This document shows, piece after piece, positions 14,107 to 25,941 of a stretch of DNA of 64,000 bases. Position 1 is the stretch's first letter. Every line of letters starts with the position of its first letter. Below the pieces are notes generated by a model. It made no database searches. It was not told where the DNA came from and saw nothing but the letters and a program-made list of their open reading frames with translations. This DNA is from Eledone cirrhosa (taxonomy: Eukaryota), in contig OZ024742.1 in the NCBI GenBank assembly GCA_964016885.1, positions 327,236,001-327,300,000 on the forward strand. The letters are read 5' to 3'. Both the position numbers and the translations under genes were made by a program.

Positions 14107-14767
14107 TCATCATCACCGTTTTACGTCCAATTTTTCCACGCTAGCATGGGTTAGATGAGTTGTCCTGTCGTGGGCAGTGTCCGGTCGGCTGACCTTGTCT
14201 TGCTCATGCGGGAACTGATTCTGGCTTGATTTCTACAGATGGATGCCCTTCCTAACACCAACCTCATTTACAGTGAGTGCTGTGTGCTTTTTTGTCGTGA
14301 CACCTCCACGACCACTTTGCAGTGGGAGGGGTGGGGATATATTGTTTATATGCTTTAGCTTCGGCTTGTACCGAAGTTGGGTCTTCTATCATCATCATCA
14401 TCATCATCACCGTTTTATGCCCGTTCTTCCACGCTAGCATGGGTTAGATGGGTTCTCCTGTTGTGGGCAGTGTCTGGTCGGCTGACCTTGTCTTGCTCAT
14501 ACAGGAACTAATTTTGGCTTGATTTCTACAGCTGGATGCCCTTCCTAACACCAACCTCATTTACAGTGAGTGCTGGGTGCTTTTTCCAAGGCACCTACAC
14601 GTCCACTTTACAGTGTGGGCTGGGTGCTTTTTTGCCGTGGCACCTCCATGACCACTTTGCAGTGGGAGGGTGTGGGGGCATATTGTCTATATGCTTCAGC
14701 TTCGGCTTGTACCCATGGGAGGTTGGGTACTCTGTATTACTGCGTGACTCCAGAGGTCACACGGTCT
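14107..14767 (-). mobile_element. Two tandem RTE family A 3'-UTR fragments
   Basis: Two (CAT)n-tailed reverse copies of the family A 3' UTR (about 14107-14385 and 14389-14767). Confidence 0.88.
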
Positions 14768-14814
14768 CTCTCTCTCTATATATATGTGTGTATACATACA
14801 TATATATATATATA

Positions 14815-15154
14815 TGGAGGCACATGGCTTAGTGGTTAGAGCATTGGCCTTGCAATCGAAAGGTTGTGAGTTCAATTCTCAGACCGGGTGATGTGTTGTT
14901 TCCTTGGGCAAGGCACTTTATTTCATATTGCTCCAGTTTACTCAGCTGTAGAAATGAGATGATAGGGACTGAGGTCCCTATCATTCCACTGCAAAGTGGT
15001 TGTGTAGGTGCCACGACAAAAAAGCACCCAGCACTCACTGTAAATGAGGTTGGTGTTAGGAAGGGCATCCAGCTGTAGAAATCAAGCCAGAATCAGTTCC
15101 CGTCCCACCCTTGCAAGCAGGGAAAAAGCGGACGTAAAATGAAATGATGATGAT
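14815..15154 (+). mobile_element. tRNA-derived CORE-type SINE with RTE-derived 3' tail
   Basis: Full-length, near-identical inverted copy of 13090-13424, inserted in (TA)n. Confidence 0.87.
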
Positions 15155-15666
15155 ATATACATATTTATGTATATATGTATATATATTAATAAATAAATAT
15201 ATGTATATATATATATATAATATATATATATATAATATATATATATATTTGTGTTAATGAGTGGTTACTAAATGGTAGATAGGGTGGTGACTTTGTCACT
15301 CCAATCAGCAAGCCATGGAGACATACATTTGGAATAACAACATCAAATCAGGTATGTCTCCATATCACTATCTTGCAGTGTCTTAGAAATAAATTACATG
15401 ATTAACTATATTACCTACGAGGTTGTCTGAAGATGTATCAAAAGTTGCATCATACCCTCATAACGTAATGATGGCACCACAGAAATGCGTATTACAGCTA
15501 ATTAGATTATCTCTGGGATCGATTTGTTCTTCAGTCACAGTGGAAATCAGTCTCAAGATATGTTTATTGCTGATTACAAATAAAACATGTTAAAGTGAAA
15601 CTCTAATCTCTCATTCTTTATATATATATAAGCGTGGAGGATGGACGTTAAACGATGATGATGATG

Positions 15667-15725
<59 letters not shown>

Positions 15726-15840
15726 TGTGTGAGTGTGCATGCAATGTGTATATGTGTGTAACAACACGAGATATTGATAGATTCATATTTACACATACAT
15801 TTTCTCATGTACAAAGTCATCTTGCACACACAGGCACAGA

Positions 15841-15884
<44 letters not shown>

Positions 15885-16329
15885 GCCAAGAATGTTTTGA
15901 AAGCAAGGCCTAATTGCAAAAGCGATTGTTTCTTGTTTGTTTAAGTGAGTCTTATGTGTAAAGCTGATGGAAGTTATAAGGTATTTGTGTGTCCCTATTT
16001 ACAACAGGCAGATCGTTTCACCTAACATAAACAAACAGATTATAATTTTAATCTTGCTCAACACTGAATCTATTATAAATCTATTATAAATCAGATGTCC
16101 ATGGATCTCGAAGCAATGAAAGAGCATCTGGCATAGCATGGGTGATTGTATGTATGTATGAACCCGTAACTCCTGATGGAGTTGTATGGGCGCCATTTGT
16201 TTAGCAAGATTCTTTATCTGAAAACGTGTGTTGAAACCGATATTGTTATATTTTGGGAGGGCCATGTTGCCAATAAGAAACACACGCACCAGTTCTTTCA
16301 CTTCAATTTATTATAAATTAAATTTATAA

Positions 16330-16890
16330 ATTTAGGAATTTATAAGTTTCCGGTTGGTTGGTTGGTTCAACAACCAGATGATTGTTCATATGTTGCCAAA
16401 GTTCTTTCGTCATACATTCTGTGACCTCTTCACTAACTGGGGATTCTTTTCTTTTTTTTGTGCCTCTCCTTTGTTCTGCCCTACGCCATCTTGTTTTTGT
16501 GTGTGTTGTGTGCTTAGTTTGCGCATGTGTTACATCCGGGTGTCTGTGTGTGTTTATATTTGTCTAGTTATTTGTTTATTACCATGTTACTGGTTGGTTG
16601 TTTGTTCTCTGTGTGTGTGTGTTTTCATTTTGTCCTTAATTGTAAGTTGTGATGTTGCTGTTCCATTCATGTTTTCTATTTAATTTTGGTTGGAGTTCAT
16701 TTATGTTTATTGCCTCTGTGATTTGTCTAAACATTGCGTCTTTTCTGTGTGTAGATTCAATTTTTATCTCTATGTTCTCTAATTTGCCCTTATGTTCTAT
16801 TTTAGCATGTTGGTGGAGTACTGTTGAGTCTTTTCTATCTTGGAGTTCTCACCAGTGTTCATTTAATCGTTCTCCTATGCTACGAGCTGT

Positions 16891-16893
<3 letters not shown>
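16330..16893 (-). mobile_element. Penelope-like element 3' remnant (GIY-YIG endonuclease C-terminal half plus pseudo-LTR)
   Basis: Minus frame ETARSIGERLNEHW*..STVLHQHAKIEH..AMFRQITEAINI..PKLNRKHEW. Degenerate hammerhead GTGAAGAG-GTCA..TGAC-GAAA near 16400-16440. Confidence 0.8.
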
Positions 16894-16946
<53 letters not shown>

Positions 16947-17408
16947 CGACTCTAACACTTGACTGGTATCTTTTGGTATCACAGAGAATGCAAAGAACTG
17001 TAAAAATGCTGGATAGCATTCTCATGATAGTCTGACCTGCTAGTAATAGCAGTCAAAGAAGAAAGACCCCAATCATTGGATCGGACCAAGGAAACAAAGT
17101 TTCCATTGGTGTTTCTATTGCTAATACTATCTGTTGATCAAAACTCTTGGCTGAAGATGGTGGGATTTGAACTCAAAACACACTGAACTAGTGCTTAATT
17201 CATTGATCCTGAAATGATGAGAGGCAAAGTTGACCTTGGCAGGATTTGAAATTAGATTACAGAGAATTGGAGCAAATCCCAAGGCATCTAACAACTCGAC
17301 CAGCTGGCCATGTATCTCAGGGACTAAACAACATTAGCAACACCAACAACCAAAAGCAGTAGCAGTAGCAATAAAAACAACAGCAACAACAGTCACCACC
17401 ACCACCAC

Positions 17409-17467
<59 letters not shown>

Positions 17468-17991
17468 GCTGCTGCTATTACTACACCAATAATAGCCACA
17501 ATATCTAAAATATCTTCAATGCTTGTAAATAGTATATTTTTCTTTGTGTATCTGTTTAGCACACACACACACAAACATATACACAACATACACACATGAA
17601 TGACAAAACACACACATACACGACATATACACATACATGACACATACATGACATATATACACATACATGACATATATATATATATATATACGTGACACAT
17701 AAACACAAACACATACATAACACACAAACGCATAGATGACACACATATAAATGACACATATACACATACACACACACACACGCATACATACACACACACA
17801 TACATACATATATATATATATATGACACAGGCACACATATACTCACATAATGTAAGAAGTATGGCGAAATTACTGGTGTATGAATGTAACAAAACGAGAG
17901 ATGGTTTGTGGCTATAATATTTAATTAACGGTAGATAGAATACTTGACATGTCAAAGATAGATGTTAGAATGAAACAAAGTTAGTAGTTAC

Positions 17992-18117
17992 CGTTTTGAT
18001 TGTCAGGCAAACGCGGCTGGCAGAGGGCGCCTGGCTAAGGCCAGGCGCCTGTTGGCCAAATTAATGGCAGAGCCAAATGAGAAGACTCTTGACCTGGTGC
18101 CGAAAAGGCAAAGAGAG
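17992..18117 (-). other. Putative first exon (5' UTR, no AUG) of an unidentified minus-strand gene
   Basis: Runs from the TOP-like tract to CAAAACG|GTAACT (donor GT = plus 17991-17990). Contains a perfect 10-bp GC hairpin, GGCGCCTGGC-4nt-GCCAGGCGCC (18026-18049). A YY1-like ATGGCG lies in the intron near 17861. Confidence 0.6.
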
Positions 18118-18186
18118 GAAGGAAGCTTAAAGTTGTTAGTTTTATAGGGCTCTGACCGGAAGTCGCAGAAAGGGTTCCACTTCCCG
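18110..18186 (-). promoter_or_regulatory. Pol II core promoter: ETS/GABP site, TATA box and pyrimidine-tract (TCT/5'TOP-like) start site
   Basis: Minus strand reads ACTTCCGG (18163-18156), CCCTATAAAA (TATAAAA at 18146-18140), then CTTCCTTCCTCTCTTTG. Candidate +1 C is at about 18117-18113, roughly 30 nt from the TATA box. A second ETS-like CACTTCCCG lies at 18178-18186. The region is locally CpG-rich in a CpG-poor background. Confidence 0.7.
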
Positions 18187-18765
18187 TCTAGATCCTAATC
18201 AAAACAAGGGAGACAACCGCTACAGAAGTATATGAAAAGGTCATACAGTTACTTATGGCCAGGTCATGCAGGAAATATTTGAAACTAAAAAAAAATATAT
18301 TTAGTTTATATTTTGAAGTATTGAACGATAACAAAGCCATGACTCACCTGTGATCTACTTAATATTAACAGCACCTGTGTCTGATTGCAACGTTGGACTT
18401 TTGTTGGTTTCCATGATGAGAGTTGCAGTCAGTCAATGGAACAGCAGGCTCATGAAACTAACTTACATGTTGTTGAGTATTCCACAGACACGTGAACCCT
18501 CAATGTAATTCTCACGGATATTCAGTATGAAACTATGTGACAAAGCAGGACTTTTAGAACAGTGGTCGCCAACCTTTTGGACCTCACGGACCACTAAATT
18601 CATAATTTTAAATCCCTCGGACCACTAATATGAACTTTTTTAAAAGGATAAATACATTTGTAAAATAATGATCAGGGAATTTCCATTTTATTATGAAATG
18701 CACCTATTCAAATATTTTTTAGGGGGTTATAAAATATATTTTAAGTGAATATTATTTTTGCGTTA

Positions 18766-19381
18766 TCTATATATCTAAAACAGAGAATGTCTGTCTGTCT
18801 GACTCCCTAAAACTCCAGAACCACCCAACCGATTTTTTTCAGACTTTACACATGTAATACTTATGGCTGTGTAAGTGTTTTGAGCAAACATTTCAAATTT
18901 TCAATGCCCTAGGGACCGCATAAGGCGATTTAGCGATCTCTCTCTATAATTCTTAGTCTTTCTTTTTAGATAGATACATAGATATAACGTTGCGCCCTTA
19001 TAATATCTGTCTGCATTACGACATTATGACGCTATATGTGTGTGTGTGTGTATATATATATGTTTATATAGTGTATGAATATATATATATATATATAGTG
19101 TGTAACGTTTTTCGAAATATTTACTTCAGCGTTCACAGATTGATTTTTTTTTTAGTTTCAGAAGATCCCGTTTAGGGAAAAAGCAACTATTCTTTGCTTA
19201 AACTTTAATCTGTTATTTTAATATATACTAGCAGAATGGCCCGGCATTGCTCGGGATTTGCTCTAGGGTTCTTATATATTTGATATATATTTATCCCTAT
19301 CGAGTCTCGTGAAATAAATACGTTTGTTTATATTTTGTTATTGTGTATGCAAAAATATCTGTACATGAATATATAATTATA

Positions 19382-19434
<53 letters not shown>

Positions 19435-19979
19435 CAGATTAAAATTTAAGCAAAGAATCGCTGCTTTCACCCTTAACGGGATCTTCTGAAACTAAAAGTA
19501 AATATTTCGAAAAACGTTACACACTATATATATACATATATACACATACACACATATAGCATCATAATGTCGTAATGCAGACAGACATATATTATAAGGC
19601 CGCAACGTTATATCTATGTATCTATCTAAAAAGAAAGACATAGAATTATAGAGAGAGATCGCTAAATCGCCTAATGCGGCCCCTAGGGTATTGAAAATTT
19701 GAAACACTCACAGGACTATAAGTATTACATGTGTAAAGTTTGAAAACAATTGGTTGGGTGGTTCTCGAGTTTTAGGGAGTCAGACAGATAGACAGAAATT
19801 CTGTGTTAGATATATAGATATATATATAATTATATATTCGTGTACAGATATTTTTGCATACACAATAACAAAATATAAACAAACGTATTTATTTCACGAG
19901 GCTCGATAAGGATAAATATATATCAAATATATAAGAACCCTAGAGCAAATCCTGAGCAACGCCGGGCCATTCTGCTAGT
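18766..19979 (+). mobile_element. Non-autonomous Helitron-like element (outer copy)
   Basis: 5' TCTATATATCTAAAA, 3' GCAACGCCGGGCCATTCTGCTAG|T. Split at its internal (TA)n. Confidence 0.75.
19228..19818 (-). mobile_element. Same Helitron-like element, complete inverted inner copy
   Basis: Reverse strand runs from the 5' TCTATATATC part through (TA)n to the 3' CTAG end. Another 3' end of this family lies at 58310-58460 (-); other CTAG ends at 58161 (-) and 62791 (+). Confidence 0.75.
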
Positions 19980-20527
19980 TACTATAAAACATAAAAATTG
20001 TAAATAATATCCAAATTTTTCAGTGGACCGCCAAAATTTTATCTCGGATCACTGGTTGGTGACCTCTACTTTACATTACAGATACCATCCATCAATGGGC
20101 TTGAAAACAGTGTCTGTCCATCCAGTTTTACTTTACAAGGCTCAGATTGACCGGAGGCCAAGGTAAATGACATTTGCCATCCAGTGACATTGAACCCACG
20201 ACCTAATGATTGTGAAGGGTGCCTCTTAACTACTCATCCATGCTGTGTCCACACTGGTGGTTAAAGTAAGGTGTTGATAGAATAGGTGCAGATGGGCCGT
20301 GTGGTTAACGAGTTTTCTTTGCAACCACATGGTTTTGCGTTTAGTCCCACAATGTGTCTTCTACTAAAGACATATATACTTATGTATATATGTATCCATC
20401 TAAATATAAATACAGACACTTTGAAACTTTACAGTTTTGGGTTAAGCTCCAATGCACAGAGGAAGTGTTATCTGATATAGTCTCAGCTTGACTAATGAAA
20501 TATAAATGATATATGGTAGATGAAAAA

Positions 20528-20600
<73 letters not shown>

Positions 20601-20676
20601 TATATAAGTGGCTCTCTTAGCCAGTGAAACTTATGTTCCTGGTAGGGCTCCTTTGTAGCAACTGGCCTTAATAATT

Positions 20677-22090
20677 CATCATCATCATCATCATCATCAG
20701 GTTTAGCGTCCGTGTTCCACGCTTGCATGGGTTTGGACGGGGGTTTTCCCACTTGAGGCAAGAGTGGTTGTCTTGATCGCATAGGACTGTCTGGCGGGTT
20801 TTCTACAGTTGGATGCCCTTCCTAACACCAACCACATTTACAGTGTGGGGCTGGGAGGTTTTTACCGTGTTGCCTACACGGCCACATTACAGCGTGGACT
20901 GTCTGGCGGGTTTTCTACAGCTGGATGCCCTTCCTAACACCAACCACATTTACAGTGTGGGGCTGGGAGGTTTTTACCGTGTTGCCTACACGGCCACATT
21001 TACAGCGTGGACTGTGTGTTTTTTGTCGTGACACCTACACGATCTCATTTGTTTCGACCTGGATGTTGTGGGACCAACATAACTGTACATTGAAAGGGGC
21101 GGTGTGGATGGGGTGGAGGTGGTGGGATGGGGGGGTGTTTTGATAGAGATGCCTACTGACTGTAGTAGGTTTTTACTTTGTATTTAGGTAAGGCGGGTCT
21201 TCTCTATTACTGAGTACCGCCAAAGGTCTCGGTCCAGTGACATTGTCTTGGAGAGGTTTAAGCGTGTGAGGTCGGAATTTATCAGCTCGTCCCATGTTTT
21301 TCTGGGTCTGCCTACTCCGTGGCTACCGTCTATCTTTATTGCCCTGCACTTTGTTATACAGCTGTCGCCTTTCATGCGCATCACGTGACCGTACCAACGT
21401 AGCCTTCTCTCGAGTAAACAACATCTGATCCCGCTTATTTCTAATTTTTTCCTTAGTTCGTTTATGCTTTGCCGTTCACGTATATTACTATTGCACATCC
21501 AGCGGAGTATGCAAGCTTCGTTCCTCTCTAGTCTGCATATATCCTCTGCACACAATGCCTAGGTCTCACTGCCATGCAGCATTGCTGTTCGTATGCAGGC
21601 ATCGTATAACCTGCCTTTCATTTTTAGGGAGAACCCTCTAGCGGCTAATAGTGGTATAAGCTCTCTGAACTTTTTCCATCCAGTTCTGACTCTAGCTACT
21701 GTACTTTCAGAGCACCCTCCCATACTGCTGATTTTGTCACCCAGGTAACGGAAGCTGTCCACTATTTCTATAGAACCCTCTGCGCAGTTGAAGGAGCTAG
21801 TATTTTGTGGGCACTTGCTGCTACTTATTGCACCAGAGCACCGGCCACATGTAAAATCTATGTTCTTAGTTAGCTTACCTGTGATCCCACTACATCTTTT
21901 ATGCACCCATACTTTGCATTTGGGACATAAAATGGAGTTTCTACCTACGCCTTTCCTACACACTGAGCATGGCCATTTCTCAGATGGGACTGCCGCCTTA
22001 TTTTCTTTCCTACAAACTAGAACTTTAGTCTTAGCCAGGTTAATTTTAAGGCCTTTTGATTCTAGGCCGTGCTTCCATGTTTGGAATTTC
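20677..22090 (-). mobile_element. 5'-truncated RTE LINE (family B)
   Basis: ORFs 21559-21963 and 21184-21555 (CRKGVGRNSILCPKC, DSFRYLG, RLRWYGHVMR) are split by a TGG>TAG stop. About 105-bp tandem duplication in the 3' UTR. (CAT)n tail. Confidence 0.93.
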
Positions 22091-22137
22091 TTATATATAT
22101 AGGGAAAAGCGGACGTAAAATGGTGATATGATGATGA

Positions 22138-22171
<34 letters not shown>

Positions 22172-22174
<3 letters not shown>

Positions 22175-22531
22175 GATATTAAATAAATGGAAACTATATT
22201 TATAAAACCATATATATTTTATTATATTATATATCAAGGGTACCAAGACAACATTGGTACGCTTTCATCAGATAAAATACAAAGTTTGTTTTATAAATCG
22301 AGACATACCCATGAAAATCCTACCTTATAAGTTGGAAATTCACTGGGTCGAGAATATCCAGTGAATTTCCAACCGATAAGGTAGGATTTTCATGGGTATG
22401 TCTCTATTTATAAAACAAACTTTGTATTTTATCTGATGAAAGCGTACCGATGTTGTCTTGGTACCCTTGAAATATATATAATAAAATAAATATGGTTTTA
22501 TCAATATAGTTTCCATTTATTTAATATCATT
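22172..22531. repeat. About 360-bp imperfect palindrome of a Penelope-like pseudo-LTR
   Basis: About 175-bp inverted arms around an approximately 11-nt spacer near 22347-22357. Confidence 0.9.
22424..22488 (+). ncRNA. Minimal type I hammerhead ribozyme
   Basis: TATTTTAT-CTGATGA-AAGCGTACCGA..TTGGTACCCTT-GAAA-TATATA-TA-ATAAAATA. 8-bp stem I, palindromic stem III. Confidence 0.78.
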
Positions 22532-22634
22532 GAATATTTACTCCAGTACCTGTTGAGTGCTCTAAATTAGTTATAAACATTTATATTTGTTGGACTTCCA
22601 ACAAATTAAATACCGCTTCTACTTATATATATAT

Positions 22635-23556
22635 ATACGAACAGCAATGCTGCATGGCAGTGAGACCTGGGCATTGTGTGCAGAGGATATACGCAGACTA
22701 GAGAGGAACGAAGCTTGCATGCTCCGCTGGATGTGCAATAGTAATATAAGTGAACGGCAAAGCATAAACGAACTAAGGAAAAAATTAGAAATAAGAGGGA
22801 TCAGATGTTGTTTACTCGAGAGAAGGCTACGTTGGTACGGTCACGTGATGCGCATGAAAGACGACAGCTGTATACCAAAGTGCAGGGCAATAAAGATAGA
22901 CGGTAGCCACGGAGTAGGCAGACCCAGAAAAACATGGGACGAGCTGATAAATTCCGACCTCACACGCTTACACCTCTCCAAGACAATGTCACTGGACCGA
23001 GACCTTTGGCGGTACTCAGTAATAGAGAAGACCCGCCTTACCTAAATACAAAGTAAAAACCTACTACAGTCAGTAGGCATCTCTATCAAAACACCCCCCC
23101 GTCCCACCACCTCCACCCCATCCACACCGCCCCTTTCAATGTACAGTTATGTTGGTCCCACAACATCCAGGCCGAAACAAATGAGATCGTGTAGGTGTCA
23201 CGACAAAAAAACACACAGTCCACGCTGTAAATGTGGCCGTGTAGGCAACACGGTAAAAACCTCCCAGCCCCACACTGTAAATGTGGTTGGTGTTAGGAAG
23301 GGCATCCAGCTGTAGAAAACCCGCCAGACAGTCCACGCTGTAATGTGGCCGTGTAGGCAACACGGTAAAAACCTCCCAGCCCCACACTGTAAATGTGGTT
23401 GGTGTTAGGAAGGGCATCCAACTGTAGAAAACCCGCCAGACAGTCCTATGCGAGCAAGACAACCACTCTTGCCTCAAGTGGGAAAACCCCCGTCCAAACC
23501 CATGCAAGCGTGGAACACGGACGCTAAACCTGATGATGATGATGATGATGATGATG
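22635..23556 (+). mobile_element. 5'-truncated RTE LINE (family B), inverted partner of 20677-21593
   Basis: IRTAMLHGSETW...RLRWYGHVMR...EKTRLT, near-identical reverse complement of the left copy. Starts in (TA)n, ends in (GAT)n. Confidence 0.93.
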
Positions 23557-23584
23557 TATGTATGTATGTATGTATGCATATTAT

Positions 23585-24190
23585 GTCAGGTCACCAGTTG
23601 GTGCTACTGGTAACATGTATCCCAGTACAACCTGTCTCATGGTCGGGTTGTTGGCGACTAAACTGGCAACCCCACCAAGGTTTCTTGGTGAGGAGGGTGA
23701 CTTTGGACATCCTGCAGGACTAAAAACAAAACCTGTCAAAGGGCAAAGGAGCTCTAAAGAGTCAATGGCCATCCAAAATCACCGGGAGAGATGACCCCTT
23801 AGCCTTTGTCAAGGCAGAATTCTAGGAGAAGGAAAACTCTAATATAACACCTGCAACCCTGATGGTATCCAATGATGTTGACTTATTCTTCTTTTTGGTA
23901 AATATCATCTTGGTTAAGAGAGTGGGACTGGCTTTGTGCAGTGCCTTTGCTCACTATAAAAGCTTCACGGCACAGGCATTGCTTTATATCTGGAGATCTC
24001 TCTGCACTTGTCATCACATGGTACCATGGGCCCAGCACTATGTGTCAATAATTGTCACAAGTGTAGTGTTTGTACCAGAGTTTTCAAGTTGCTGGCTGGA
24101 CTAAAAAGTCACACTCGTTCAGCACTTTGGTAGGGGTTCCCCTACATGGATATAAAGTAGTGGCCGTAATCGAAAACGAGTTGGCAGCCA
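23585..24190 (+). mobile_element. Probable RTE-type 5' UTR relic with degenerate HDV-like ribozyme
   Basis: GC-richer island containing CTAGGAGAAGGAAAACTCT (recalled RTE 5' UTR motif) and pseudoknot-like pairings at 23609-23666. Confidence 0.4.
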
Positions 24191-24262
24191 CCACCATGTA
24201 TGCATGTACGTATGTATGTATGTATGTATGTATGTATGTATGTATGTATGTATGTATGTATG

Positions 24263-24327
<65 letters not shown>

Positions 24328-24330
<3 letters not shown>

Positions 24331-24781
24331 GTGGTTAGAGCATTGGCCTTGCGATGTTGCATGGGCAGCAACTGCGGAGGATATGCGACAGCTGGAGAGA
24401 AATGAAGCAAGCTTGCTCCGTTGGACGTGCAATATCAATGTGCGTGAATGACCAAGCATAGACGAGTTGAGAGAGAAACTGTGTATAAGAGGGATAAGCT
24501 GTAGTGTGTGGGAGAGAAGACTGTGTTGGTATGGACGTGATATGCATGGAGAATGACCGCTGGGTAAAGAAGTACCAAGAAATCCCAGTAGAAGGAAGAC
24601 ACAGTAGAGGAAGACTAGGAAAATCATGGGCGGAGGTGGTGAGAGCTGACCTCAGATCGTTGAAGCTCACAGAGGAGATGATGAAGGACCGTGACAAATG
24701 GTGAGATGCTGTCTGATCAGGACTCATTCTACCCTTGAAAGCAGGGAAAAGTGGACGTAAAATGATGATGATGATGATGAT
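24328..24781 (+). mobile_element. Decayed RTE 3' fragment (family C) preceded by a SINE-head scrap
   Basis: Degenerate [14 protein letters not shown] and GRLGKSWAEVVRADL. Tail CCCTTGAAAGCAGGGAAAAGTGGACGTAAAA(TGA)n. First 25 nt match the SINE head at 14829. Confidence 0.85.
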
Positions 24782-25759
24782 AGCACCCAATCAACCAAAG
24801 CCTTCTAAACAAAATTGTATAGAGACTGGAAGCCCATAGAATGTCTATAGCTCTATTACATGAATACTGAGGTAGGTGTAATATGATTACAGTTTAAAAC
24901 AATAAGACTAGATGTCATCATCATTCTTACATCCACTTTTCCATGCTTGCTGGAGAGGACTCTTAAATCTAGCAAGACAAACTCTGGTGGTATGGACAAT
25001 GCATTCAGTCCATGCTGTAAAGTAGTTGGTGATAGGAAGTGCATCCAGCCAATAAAACCCTGCCAAAATTATGAAAAGCACTATATTATACTTAAACATA
25101 TTGTATATTGGTTCATCAAAGGCCTGGCTTTGTCACACTCTGTGTCACACTGAATCACTCTGAGAATTATGTTAAAGGTACACATGCTTTTGGAATACTC
25201 AACCATTTACACCATATCAAAATCCATACATAACACATATACATTAATATATTTAAGCGTGGAACAGTGGATGTAAAATGATGCTGATCATGATATATAT
25301 ATATCATTTCATTACTATGGTAGTAACTTAACATATGGTTCTTATATAAAATTACGTTGGAAGAAGTCTTTTCAAACGGTTGATTTTATTTCATAGAATC
25401 AGAGCTGGTTTTGGTCATGTCAGTATCAAATTATGCTTATTTAAAATCTCTTCATTTGACTACTGAAACATATATTAGTCCTCATGACAGAGTCTATACA
25501 TGATCATTTGATCTGTAAAAAGGTGTAGCAGGGTTTCCCTTAAACCACATTCCAATGGAAGATCAATACACCACACAATGTTTGATATATCATGTTTTAC
25601 CATATTAACTACCCATAGAATGCTAATATTCATTACATTTGTGAAAACAGTGAAGCAATCATATCTTGTAACCATTAAATATATTTTTAAATGAAATGGA
25701 GAAGTTTGGAATTTTATCTAACCATTTCAGGCTTTAGATACTAGGTAACCATCCCTGAA

Positions 25760-25941
25760 ATAATTGTTTCTACTTTTGGCACAAGGCCAGCAATTATCCC
25801 AGTATATTACTGGTACTTTATTTAATCGACCCCGTAAGGATGAAAGGCAAAGTTAACCTTGACGGGATTTGAACTCAGAATGGCAAGGGCCGTAACTCTA
25901 TGCTTGGCGTCCGACCCTCTACCGATACTGCCAATCCACTA
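25760..25941 (-). mobile_element. Same (ATT)n-tailed SINE with TSD ATCCCTGAAATAAT
   Basis: Full consensus match with duplicated flank. Confidence 0.87.

Larger units (their letters stand above)
18560..20068. mobile_element. hAT-like MITE interrupted by two nested Helitron-like elements
   Basis: Terminal inverted repeats CAGTGGTCGCCAACC / GGTTGGTGACCTCTA, repeated GGACCAC subterminal motifs, degenerate 8-bp flanks. Confidence 0.7.

Noticed and set aside
14815-14890. tRNA gene
   Set aside because: A and B boxes are present but there is no proper cloverleaf, and it continues into a SINE body.
15415-15569. Candidate minus-strand exon 2 (AG...AG|GTAAT)
   Set aside because: Stops in all three frames and no recognisable product. 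Could only be non-coding, and nothing supports that.
17317-17955. 212-aa hydrophobic ORF and the many [12 protein letters not shown] ORFs in the track
   Set aside because: Translations of (TA)n, (CA)n and (TAC)n low-complexity DNA.
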